A stretch of DNA of 64,000 nt from Octopus sinensis (lineage: Eukaryota): contig NC_043005.1 of assembly GCF_006345805.1 (NCBI RefSeq), positions 104,780,001 through 104,844,000 of the forward strand, in the 5' to 3' direction. The position numbers and the translations under genes are program-made. Position 1 is the first letter of the stretch; every line of letters begins with the position of its first letter. Below, piece after piece: positions 51,704-64,000 of this stretch. The notes beneath the pieces are model-generated. The model did not search any database, was not told where the DNA came from, and saw only the letters and a list, made by a program, of their open reading frames with translations.

Positions 51704-52930
51704 ATGCTGCCTCTTATCCTCCTTATATCGACTAAGTCCAGCTTGTTCATCAGTGATGTGGTCTCTGACAAACTCTGTTGTTATACACAGGCAGACACAA
51801 TCATTATCATACTGCAAACTGCAATGTTATCTGTTGAATAGTTCAGCTGGAAGGGATTGTACATCATTGTCAAACAACAGAACGAGGTACGATACATTCG
51901 ATAGGTGAAACCAAAATGGCTGTACGTCATAACTAGATTGTTCTCGTTTCAGGCATAAGTCTACTCATTCAGAAATTAGTATGGATACCCTAGAAATGAG
52001 GACATGGATAACAAGGGCATTGCTCACCTCGGTTACACAGGTGCACTCTTGGGCTCCTACATGTACACCTAAACACATACCCATACAAAAATCTAGACAG
52101 CTACATGCATACGCATCCAAACGCATAAATATATACACCGCTAGACACCTACACCTACATACACAGCCTGATATCTAAAGACGTAGATAGTTAGACACGT
52201 ACACTAATACACGCCCAGGCATCTACACACATACATATCTAATCACCTACACACATAGTTATATCCATGCATACACGCATAGACTTCCGCACTCATACAC
52301 AATTTGCCACCTAGATACATACGCACGAAGATGGCTACACAACCATACAATCTAGACTGTGGAATATGCTACAGTGCACAACAATACTGCATTTTATTTT
52401 GCACAACATATTGCACATATTGTTACCATACAAGAAAACAAGGTGGCCTCCAAGTGGTCATTCAGCCTGGTTGAAATGGCTGCCAAATAGCCATCAAATC
52501 ACTCACTTTCCGCTTAAAATGTAAAAACACTTTCAATAATGAAGCTATAAATAAAAACACACACACACACACACAAAAAAGCGTGGTGGTCACGGCTGAA
52601 ACAACCTTGATCATTTATATGATCAATACTGGTAATTCTGGGATATAAAAAAAATCAAGACAAAATAGTAGAGCATATTGTACCAAATTATTATATAAAT
52701 CACTATATTTGGGTTGGCAGATGCAGTACACACTACAAAAGTGTTGGCCAGTGTCTATGCAAGTATGTCACAAAGACCCTGTGTTTAGAAGTGCGTGCAT
52801 TTCCGTCAATCTCCCTATTTGTGTATGCATAAACTTGTATACCACTCTGTCTCCCCACTCTCTTTTTCGCACGCGGGTATGTAGTTTGCAACAAACATGA
52901 CATAGACTACCCAATATATACTGTAGTGTA

Positions 52931-53515
52931 GGGTGGCGAACTCGCAGAATTGTTAGCACGCCGGGCGAAATGCTTAGCGGCATTTGCCGCTACGTTCTGA
53001 GTTCAAATTCCGCCGAGGTCGACTTTGCCTTTCATCCTTTCGGGGTCGATAAATTAAGTACCAGTTACGCACTGGGTTCGATGTAATCGACTTAATCCGT
53101 TTGTCTGTCCTTGTTTGTCCCCTCTGTGTTTAGCCCCTTGTGGATAATAGAGAAATAGGTATTTCGTCTGCCGTTACGTTCGGAGTTCAAATTCCGCCGA
53201 GGTCGACTTTGCCTTTCATCCTTTCGGAGTCGATAAATTAAGTACCAGTTACGCACTGGGGTCTATGTAATCGACTTAATCTGTTTGTCTGTCTTTGTTT
53301 GTCCTCTCTGTGTTTAGCCCCTTGTGGGTAGTAAAGAAATAGGTATTTCACCTGCCGCTACATTTTGTCCGTCAGTCTCTACGTTCTGAGTTCAAAATTC
53401 TCCGAGGTCAAACCTGCATTTCAGCCTTTGAGGATCGATAAAATAACTACCATTTGAGCGCTTGGGTCGATGTAATCGACTTATTCCTCCCACTAAATTA
53501 CTGGCCTTGTGCCAA
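52931..53515 (+). mobile_element. SINE family B, trimer (184-bp period)
   Basis: Second and third unit markers at 53162 and 53346. Confidence 0.9.
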
Positions 53516-54042
53516 AATTGGAAACTAGTGACGTAGTTGACGTTTCCATGCAACGACTTGTTGGCGCGTGTTCTTTGCCGCCAGCAAGCGATTTGGGCCA
53601 AAGAAACATATGCTGCGGTCTCAATGAACGAATAAACGGGAAGCTGAAGTCAAAGCGACGGTGGAGCTCCAGCATGACCGCAGTCGCTCAGCTAAAATGT
53701 ATGAGAGAATGTGTAAGTGTGTATATGTGTATGTGTATGTGCGTGTGTGTATGTGTGTTTATGTTTGTATGTACGTATGCATGCATGCAAGTATGTATAC
53801 ATGTATATATGTATGTATGTATATTTGTACGCATACATTTGGAACAACAAAGAAGTTTTTTGTACACTGACTAGTTAGTGTTTATATTTACATGTAGATA
53901 TGTATATACATACATAGATGAGTATACATATATCATAAACACACTGATCAATGCACACGCAAACAGATATATACACAAATATAGATACACACATACACAT
54001 ATAGATAAATACATTCACATATATATGTATACAGAGAGCTGC

Positions 54043-54110
<68 letters not shown>

Positions 54111-55627
54111 CATACATAGATAGATAGAGGCATATATAGATATATAGATATATATATATATGTCTGTGTACGTATATAGACATATATCGATATGCGAGCA
54201 AACAAAGAATAAACTCACTCAGATAATGAGTATCAGTTTTGCTGCTGCATCCGATGATGTTGTTGCTACTGCTGTTGCTGCTGGTGCTGCTGGTGCTGTT
54301 GTTGCTGATGCTGCTGCTTTTGGTGCTGCTGTTGGTTTTACGGCTTCTGCTGGAGTTGGTAGTGATGGCGGTGATGGTTGGTGGTGGTGGTGGTGGTGGT
54401 ATTGATAGTGGAAGCGAGGGTGGTGATGATGTCGGAATCAGATCTTTGCTGAACATACTTACCTACCCTTCTCCAACACCACCACCACCACACCACCACC
54501 ACCACAACCACCACCACCACCACCACCACCACCACCACCACCACCACCGCCACCGCCACCACCACCACCAGCACCACCACCACCACCACTACCACCACCA
54601 CACACATGCTCCCACCCCAACTTGCAGACGATTGGGAACAGGCGGAAATTAAAGAAAAAGACGTCGAGAAATACGAAAGATAAATGGCAACAACAACTAC
54701 AACAGTAGCAACAACAACGACAACAACAACAACAACAACAACAACGGAGCTGGTGGTGACTACAACAACAATACATACCTAAACATCAACAACAATAACA
54801 ATAATGATAACAGTTGCAGCAATAACAACAGAAACAAAAACATTTCCATGAACATCGGATTCAGAGAGGTAATAAATAGCAAATTATATGAGTGTAGATA
54901 TGCCGCTGTGTGTGTGAGTATGCGTGTGTGTGAGTATGCGTGTGTGTGTGTGTGTGTGTGTGTGGGTGTGTGTGGTGTCTGTGTGTATGCACGTCTGCAT
55001 GTCAGTGTGTACAAAAATACACACACACTCACACACACACTCACACACACATCCGAGTTATACACATAACGTACACGTATATATATTACGCATTACTTCT
55101 ATACTACATATATACATACACGCTTACACATGTACATACATACAAGCTTACACACACACAAACATATATATACACACACAAAATCATATATATATATATA
55201 TAAATATGCATATATATATACATACATGTATGTGTGTATATATATATACACACACATATAGTATGTTTATATTTATATATATATATATATATTATATATA
55301 TATATATTATATATATATATATATAAACCGACATACTTATTTCCATATATACATACATTTCGATATGTACACGCATTTATTTTAGCTAATATGTCTGCGC
55401 ATTTATAGATATAATTATTTTAATGTCTATACATGAGTGTGTCTGTGCATACGCGTGTCCGTGTGTGTGTGTCTGCGCGCATGTGTGTGCCCATGTGCGT
55501 ACGTGCCTACGTGTTCTTGTGTGTGTTTAATGACATAAGTAGGTAATTGTACAAGTTGGTGTCTGTGCATGTGAATGCGTATGGCAAGAAGGATGTGTAC
55601 TAACGCGTGCACAAGGTGCGTGCGCCT

Positions 55628-55665
<38 letters not shown>

Positions 55666-56084
55666 CTGTGCGTGCGAGCTTAGAGATGCAATTTGATATA
55701 TTTTCAAAATGATTCCAAAAGGAAGAATCCATTATATTATTTCCAGACCACTTTTGGTTTCATTTCTTTATTTAGAATTAAAAGAATCAGCACTAATTTG
55801 GCCGAATGACCTCCTAGTGGAGAGACGGGAGATATAGACCGTCCAATAAATGGAAACAACAACAACAACAACAAGAGTAGCAGTAGCAACAGTGGAAACA
55901 ACAAGAAGATCAACTACAACAACAACTACAACAACAACTATACCAGTAGTAATTGTTTTTGTTGTATGTGATTAATTAACGTAGTAACTAGCTTTAATAT
56001 TATTGAATTATTTTTGCTGTTGAAGTTGACGTTGCTGATGTTCGCAGCAAGGGAAGTAGCAGCAGCAGCAGTAGCAGTAGCAGC

Positions 56085-56127
<43 letters not shown>

Positions 56128-56224
56128 ACTGAACTAGCGTTATCCACCCTAACCAATAAGTAGTAGTAACTAAATAGTATTTCCAACATAACCAAGACTA
56201 CTACTACTACTACTAGTACTAGTA

Positions 56225-56264
<40 letters not shown>

Positions 56265-56284
56265 CAGTGAGGTATTTTCTACAT

Positions 56285-56448
56285 CAGTCATTGGAAATCT
56301 ATAAGTCCGCAGACCGCATGCGGCCCGCGGGACTCTGAATGGTATCACAGGGAAAATAAGATAAGGATTTTTTTTAATTAGTGTGGCTTAGCTGATTATG
56401 AGCCATATGACATGCGGCGCATTTCTCGAAACTGGTTGCCAGTGCCTG
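56285..56448. mobile_element. hAT-family MITE, 164 bp
   Basis: Imperfect TIRs CAGTCATTGGAAATC / CAGGCACTGGCAACC; subterminal GACCGCATGCGGCCCGCGG typical of hAT/Charlie ends; 8-bp flanks TTCTACAT and TTCCACGT (6/8, both transitions). Confidence 0.7.
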
Positions 56449-57436
56449 TTCCACGTCGTCCCTCGACCTGCTAAATGTAGCAGTTAAATGTCTATTAAAT
56501 CACACACCGCTTCTTTAAATAATGTCGAAAGACTGGATGGTCACAACTGGAATACTTCTGATTATAAGTCTATCTGGTCCATGTTAACCTGGTATTAAAC
56601 AACAGCTACAGCAAATTCCATAATTATGAACATCACCAGCACCATCAGGATTAACAACAATATGAATCAAAGCAAGAAAAACACTACAATCACAACAATG
56701 TTATCTTTATCATGACTTAAGCGGCTTTTAGCAGAAAAAAAATGTTCCATGGTCAGATACTATATTCCAGATTTTATGAGGAAGAGAATATGAGATGTGG
56801 CATAAGTTATTCTAAGAGACATTGAGTCCATGTGTATAGGAATGTATGAACTATTCTGTAACTAACGAGACCGAATTAAATTTTTTTGTTGTCTATGGTC
56901 AGTAAGTGTTATTTCTTATTTGTTTTTATCTAGAAATCAAAGAAAATAACTGCTGTTCCCTTCAAACATTGCTTTTGTGACGTATACATCAATGTCCTGA
57001 AACTGACCTATTTGCCATTACATTTCAGAGAGATTCAGCGATGAGTTGTTGAAGCAGAAATATCGTTATGGCAAATATTCTGCTCAGTACCACAGAACTG
57101 CTCGTCTTTTGCTTGACCTAAACCACTTGAGCATGCCCTTTAGTGGCTGACAATATGTGCATCTGTGATCATAAGCAGTAGTGAAGGAGCATCATAGCCA
57201 TGTGTTGAGAGAAATTCTTTGGGGCTTGTATTAATTTAACAAAAGCAAAATTTGAAAGGAATATTAGCGATTTTCATACTTTCCAGTCGTAGGAAAACAA
57301 GAAGTAACAGTTGCTACCCAAGGGCAAAAATCGTGTTACATAGGGTTAATGAGATTTTATGATGTTTATACTTTTCTATTTGGTTTTATCAATCAATCAG
57401 TCAATCATTCGATCAATCAAATAATCAATTTATATT

Positions 57437-57665
57437 TGGCGGCGAGCTAGCAGAATCGTTAGCACGCCAGGCGAAATGCTTAGCGGTATTTCGTCTGCTA
57501 CTACGTTCTGAGTTCAAATTCCGCCGAGGTCGACTTTGCCTTTTATCCTTTCGGGGTCAATTAAATAAGTACCAGTTACTCACTGGGGTCGATGTAATCA
57601 ATTTAGTCCCTTTTTCTGTCCTTGTTTGTCTCCTCTATGTTTAGCCACTTGTGGGCAATAAAGAA
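57437..57665 (+). mobile_element. SINE family B, head plus one 184-type unit
   Basis: GGCGGCGAGCTAGCAGAATCGTTAGCACGCC...GAGTTCAAATTCCGCCGAGG...TTAGCCACTTGTGGGCAATAAAGAA. Confidence 0.9.
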
Positions 57666-58528
57666 TGAGTATATTCTTTCACAGTTGGCAAAAAACCTCT
57701 CCTTTATGCCCCTAGAACCTTCCGTTTAGACTTTTCTCTCTCTTTCTTTCCCTCTCTCTCTCTCTCTCTCTCTTTCTCTCTTTCTCTCTTGTAATAGCTT
57801 CTGATTTCCTTGGGCGATTGCAGGCTTCAGCATACTCAGTGACTAATGGCTCCTGTAGCGTATCTCTCCGATCCCTGGTGCTGTCGGTGAACTTCGAATT
57901 AATTCTGCTAATCCAACAGGAACAACGGTTATTAAGAATCATTTGAGGAATTTATATCAAACTAGCCAAGGCATACTGAAATTTTTAGGAACTATTTAAA
58001 AGTTCAATTATATCATGGCCAGCCAATTGCTTGCTGGTACAGGGAAAGTTGATTAAATCAGTTTCAACACTTGCATGGAAGAACTCTGGAAGAACGAATG
58101 GCAAAGTCCATCTCGGTGTTGATTAAAAATACGATGTAAAGGGAGGTAACTGAACACATTAAGTCATTTTATGTTCAAAAGATTCAGCTAACTCACTCCT
58201 AGGGGTTGCTGTCATCATTATCGCCCTCGTCGTCGTCATCATCAACATTACCATCAACAACATTGCTATCGTCGTCTTCATCGTCATCGCCATCGACGTG
58301 GTCGCCCTCATTGTTATCGTCATCATCATCATCATCATCATCGCCATCATCGCCATCATTAGTATCAACAATATTGGCCTCAATATACAGTGGTAATGAG
58401 TCAGTTGTACTAAAGTTGGTTGAGAGAGAGCAATTATTGAGCAGTGAGTCAAATATTGTAAGAGAAGGGAGAGGCAGTTGGAAAGGCGGAGGTGGAAGAG
58501 GCAAAGGAAAGGGATAAAAGAAAGGTGA

Positions 58529-58563
<35 letters not shown>

Positions 58564-58571
58564 TAGTGGTG

Positions 58572-58614
<43 letters not shown>

Positions 58615-58659
58615 GTGAAAGACGAATACAGCAAGAGGAGATGAAGAAGAATTGTGTGT

Positions 58660-58707
<48 letters not shown>

Positions 58708-59814
58708 GTGCTTTCATATATATGTGTGAGGAAGTTCGAGATGGATTAAGAGGAGAGAGAAACTGCAAAAAACGAAAGCTGTGAATGTGTCGAATTTTCC
58801 AGTAATTTTCTGTGATGATTTGGTCAACTTTAAAAATGATATTTTACATGTGATCATTATCGTTTGGTCCCAAGTCCAGCAAACTATGACAAACGCGTCC
58901 CAACTATGACCATCACATCTTATTCTTTTCAACCATAGTGTATCGTTAGGGCGTTGGATTGAATGTCTCGCGGTATTTGTCTCGATTATCTCTGTACTTT
59001 GAGTTCAAATATGGTGGAGGTCAACATATTTTTTATTCTTTGGAGATTCGATAAACATTACCAATTCAGAGCTGTGGACTGTCGGAAATGCTATAGAATC
59101 GGCTAAAATGCCTTGCGATATCTCTTCCGACGACACTAGTACCACACTGTACAGGTCTAAGTTAGTGTCTTTTCCCGAGGATAATAAATATAAGTGGCAT
59201 TGAGAAAAGGCAGAGGTAATTGCCAGTTTTTCTCAAAGAAAAAGAAAAAACAAGAGAAAAAGATCTTGCCCATGGCTGAACATATATGCAGAGTGCATGG
59301 TGAACACTGACCGCCGAAAGCCATTGTGTATGATGTACTATATTGTCTAAAGAATCCATCATCTTAAATCATAATTAGGTGTGATTTAAGGGATATTTGA
59401 ATAATGTTTGTAGCAGGTATAATGAGCATGTGTTGGCTCATTCGTTGGCTGAATGTACTCAAGTATGGCAGATGTTAAACTTGTGTGTTCTATGGCTGGA
59501 GAGGTATAAATTTCAACCACAGTGACATTGCTAAATCGTAAATTTAAAACATATCAAACATGCATATTTTTACATATTTCACTCTTTTGACACAGGTCAT
59601 GCTGAAGCAACCACCTTAGGGGCTTTTTAAAATTTTCATATTCACATTTTGAAGTCTGGCATTTTTATTTTAATGAGCTTTTGCCCATAGGGCGTCAACA
59701 TGAACACAGACATAAAGATAGGGTGTTTTTCAGAACACAGGCAATCACAAACACACATATTTATGTGTATGTGTGTGCACATGGTTCTCTGTCGCTTATA
59801 TGCATACATACAAG

Positions 59815-60155
59815 TATGACGTATGTATGTATGTATGTATGTATGTATGTATGTATGTATGTATGTATGTATGTATGTATTTATGTATGTATGTATGTGT
59901 ATGTATGTATGTATGTATTTATGTATGTATGCATGTATGTATGTATGTATGTGTGTGTGTATGTATGTATGTGTATGCATGTATGTATGTATGTATGTAT
60001 GTATGTATGTATGTATGTATGTATGTGTATGTATGTATGTAAGTATGTATTTATGTATGTATGCATGTATGTATGTATTTATGTATGCATGCATGTATGT
60101 ATGTATGTATGTATGTGTGTGTATGTATGTATGTATGTGTATGCATGTATGTATG

Positions 60156-60189
<34 letters not shown>

Positions 60190-60300
60190 TGTATGTATGT
60201 ATGTATGTATGTATGTATGTATGTGTATGTATGTATGTATGTATGTATGTATGTATGTATGTATGTATGTATGTATGTATGTATGTATGTATGTATGTAT
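59815..60300. repeat. (ATGT)n array
   Basis: Direct reading. Confidence 0.95.
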
Positions 60301-61464
60301 ATTATCATTTAATTTTATTTCAAGATCTTTTGCCAATAGAAAAAGAATCAGTTTCTAACCAGGATCCAAGACTCATTCATTTAAATTTCAACAGCAAAAC
60401 AAGATATTTGTACATGTTTGCGAGTATGTGTTGTTTGATGTATGCAGTCTCATGTAGATAGCTTGCCATCTCGACATGAGCATATATACTTAAATATTAA
60501 ACTTAAGCAAAGTTTTACAAATGTTTACAGTTCCACTAATGACTTGAATCTGTAATCTTCTAATTAGCCTTCACTTTTCTGGTTTTGAGGAACCTAATTT
60601 CTCATGATTGATGCTTAGGCAATTTGTTACATATCCAAGTGTCCCAATTCTTAAGGTATAAATCTGACCTACTCTACATAATTTCTGTCCTCAGGCCAAA
60701 ATCACTCTCTGGCTTATGTTTCTATTTTAAGGAGGTTTTCACTGGGACATTCCACCACTACACTTCCATATTGAGTCGCTATTGCCTCTACCATCCTATA
60801 GGTTCTTATCTCTTTGACCTCAGGGTTATACTTCCGATGTATGTATGTATGTGATGTATGTATGTATGTATGTATGTATTTATGTATGTATGTATGTATG
60901 TATGTATGTATGTATGTATGTATGTATATTATCATTTAATTTTATTTCAAGATCTTTTGCCAATAGAAAAAGAATCAGTTTCTAACCAGGATCCAAGACT
61001 CATTCATTTAAATTTCAACAGCAAAACAAGATATTTGTACATGTTTGCGAGTATGTGTTGTTTGATGTATGCAGTCTCATGTAGATAGCTTGCCATCTCG
61101 ACATGAGCATATATACTTAAATATTAAACTTAAGCAAAGTTTTACAAATGTTTACAGTTCCACTAATGACTTGAATCTGTAATCTTCTAATTAGCCTTCA
61201 CTTTTCTGGTTTTGAGGAACCTAATTTCTCATGATTGATGCTTAGGCAATTTGTTACATATCCAAGTGTCCCAATTCTTAAAGGTATAAATCTGACCTAC
61301 TCTACATAATTTCTGTCCTCAGGCCAAAATCACTCTCTGGCTTATGTTTCTATTTTAAGGAGGTTTTCACTGGGACATTCCACCACTACACTTCCATATT
61401 GAGTCGCTATTGCCTCTACCATCCTATAGGTTCTTATCTCTTTGACCTCAGGGTTATACTTCCG
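60301..61464. repeat. Tandem duplication of a ~536-bp unique segment, separated by (ATGT)n
   Basis: 60301-60836 matches 60928-61464; one 1-nt indel seen. Confidence 0.95.
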
Positions 61465-61850
61465 ATGTATGTATGTATGTGTATATTCTTATTCTTCGGT
61501 TTTTAATTATTTGAAATCTATTTGTGAGAAAGGAGTTGGTTTCTAACCCAGATACATAACTCCATCGCTAGAACGTATGAAGCGAACAAAAATTCACATT
61601 TTAAACATAAGAACAATCTCACATTTTCTTTACTGTTCCTCTTACGGATTGTATTTAAGAATAGATTTCTTTTTTTTTTTCTGAAAAACCCTGCTTTTTC
61701 AGTTTTTCACTTGGGTATTTACTCACAAAACCAAGTGCACAAATCATTATTGTTCAAATGTGAATTATAATCTGGATATAGAAGCTGGAGATTTCGAAGC
61801 AGACATCAATAGTTAACCTCCTTCTCTTTGATTTCGAATATGAATACGTA

Positions 61851-61956
<106 letters not shown>

Positions 61957-62018
61957 CGTGTGTGTGTATATATATATAATATATATATATATATATGTGT
62001 GTGTATATATATATATAT

Positions 62019-62685
62019 CTAGTCTTCCACTACCCTCCTATTTCTTTGTCTCGCTCTGCACTCACAGGTCATTCTTCGACACCCATCCCTTCTCCTCTCT
62101 GATTCCTTCTTTCTCTCTCTTCTCTCTCTTTGTTGCGTTTGTCCCTCCTCTCTCTCTCTCTTCCTTTGCTTCTCTTTCTTTTCTTTTCCCTCTTCTCTGT
62201 CACGTGACTGTTGGCCGAAATCTGCCTTTCAGCTCCTGACCCTCGTCGTGTTAACATCGTTGTTTTTCGTCCGCCGCTATAAAGGCTTCTTCCAATGCGC
62301 CAGAGAAAAAATTTGTTCGCTTGTTATCAGTCGTAAGACACTTGTTGTTTTCACCGTTAATGCTTCTGTATTTCATGTTTCTGTATTCCATTATTGTTTT
62401 TTGTTTTTTTTTATATCTGTCCCTTTTGCTGTCCTGGTGTTCGTATGCATTCGATCCTTCTTCCAGGAAATCTACGCTTCCAGCTTAGTTTTTCTAATGC
62501 TCGTTGCTTAGTTTTTCTTGGAGGGCTGGCCGTGATCTAGTAATCTCAAGATTAATCAGCCGAAATTACTACGATGATCCGGTTCTTGACTGAAGACTGA
62601 GGGTTTCGAGTGTCCTGTCCGTGTTTACTGTGTCGTCTTCTAGAGTTATACGTTCTTGTCCATGTTGTATTTTTCTAGATACCTT

Positions 62686-62727
<42 letters not shown>

Positions 62728-62755
62728 TATCTATATATATATATACATATATATC

Positions 62756-62799
<44 letters not shown>

Positions 62800-62806
62800 G
62801 TGTGTG

Positions 62807-62838
<32 letters not shown>

Positions 62839-62867
62839 GTGTGTGTGTGTGTGTGTGTGTGCGTGTG

Positions 62868-62902
<35 letters not shown>

Positions 62903-63596
62903 GTGTGTGTATATATATATATATCTAGTCTTCCACTACCCTCCTATTTCTTTGTCTCGCTCTGCACTCACAGGTCATTCTTCGACACCCATCCCTTCTC
63001 CTCTCTGATTCCTTCTTTCTCTCTCTTCTCTCTCTTTGTTGCGTTTGTCCCTCCTCTCTCTCTCTCTTCCTTTGCTTCTCTTTCTTTTCTTTTCCCTCTT
63101 CTCTGTCACGTGACTGTTGGCCGAAATCTGCCTTTCAGCTCCTGACCCTCGTCGTGTTAACATCGTTGTTTTTCGTCCGCCGCTATAAAGGCTTCTTCCA
63201 ATGCGCCAGAGAAAAAATTTGTTCGCTTGTTATCAGTCGTAAGACACTTGTTGTTTTCACCGTTAATGCTTCTGTATTTCATGTTTCTGTATTCCATTAT
63301 TGTTTTTTGTTTTTTTTTATATCTGTCCCTTTTGCTGTCCTGGTGTTCGTATGCATTCGATCCTTCTTCCAGGAAATCTACGCTTCCAGCTTAGTTTTTC
63401 TAATGCTCGTTGCTTAGTTTTTCTTGGAGGGCTGGCCGTGATCTAGTAATCTCAAGATTAATCAGCCGAAATTACTACGATGATCCGGTTCTTGACTGAA
63501 GACTGAGGGTTTCGAGTGTCCTGTCCGTGTTTACTGTGTCGTCTTCTAGAGTTATACGTTCTTGTCCATGTTGTATTTTTCTACATACCTTAACAT
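62019..63596. repeat. Tandem duplication of a 672-bp segment (906-bp period), separated by (TA/TG)n
   Basis: 62019-62690 matches 62925-63596; one substitution seen. The part at about 62445-62600 is also related to 28180-28320. Confidence 0.95.
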
Positions 63597-63660
63597 ATAT
63601 ATATATATAATATATATATATATATACATATATATCTATATATATATATACATATATATC

Positions 63661-63735
<75 letters not shown>

Positions 63736-64000
63736 GGAGGTGTGTGTCTATACGACGATCTTCCTCGCAGTTTCCATCCAGAGATTGAAGTAGAAACTAA
63801 AGTCACTTATCCTAGATATCACATTGCAGGGACGAACCCAAAACCACATACATGCGAAGGGAACTTCTTAACATCCGAACCACGCGTACGTCGACAGAAT
63901 GGATTAATGGAAACTAAATAAAGACGAACTCTTAAAGATAAAAGAAAGTCTCTCTTTCTCTGAAAGATAGGATAATGAAAGGAGGGGGAGCGGTGTCCTT

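Noticed and set aside
62425-62475. TGGAAGA...GAATGCATAC motif, also at about 28185 and 63335, with hammerhead-like spacing
   Set aside because: It lacks both CUGA and GAAA; no fold could be supported without a family alignment.

Overview
AT-rich eukaryotic DNA saturated with microsatellites and interspersed repeats. The SINE, LINE and microsatellite repertoire looks like an octopus (coleoid cephalopod) genome; this is inferred from recalled repeat families, not from a search. No intact host protein-coding gene can be supported, and almost all ORFs in the track are microsatellite artefacts. Supported content: (i) three copies of one L1/Tx1-clade LINE, all ending in (TATC)n and two also starting in it; (ii) decayed Tc1, two mariner, DD37D/maT, R4/Dong and hAT-MITE relics; (iii) about 25 tRNA-type SINE copies, including a family built from a variable number of 184-bp units; (iv) about a dozen type I hammerhead-ribozyme motifs, several with complete canonical folds. 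These motifs sit in short non-coding elements next to (TA)n, are arranged as outward-pointing inverted pairs or as a 546-bp partial tandem, and resemble non-autonomous Penelope-like or retrozyme-like elements. There are also local inverted and tandem duplications and two weak promoter or first-exon candidates. All folds and translations were done by eye.
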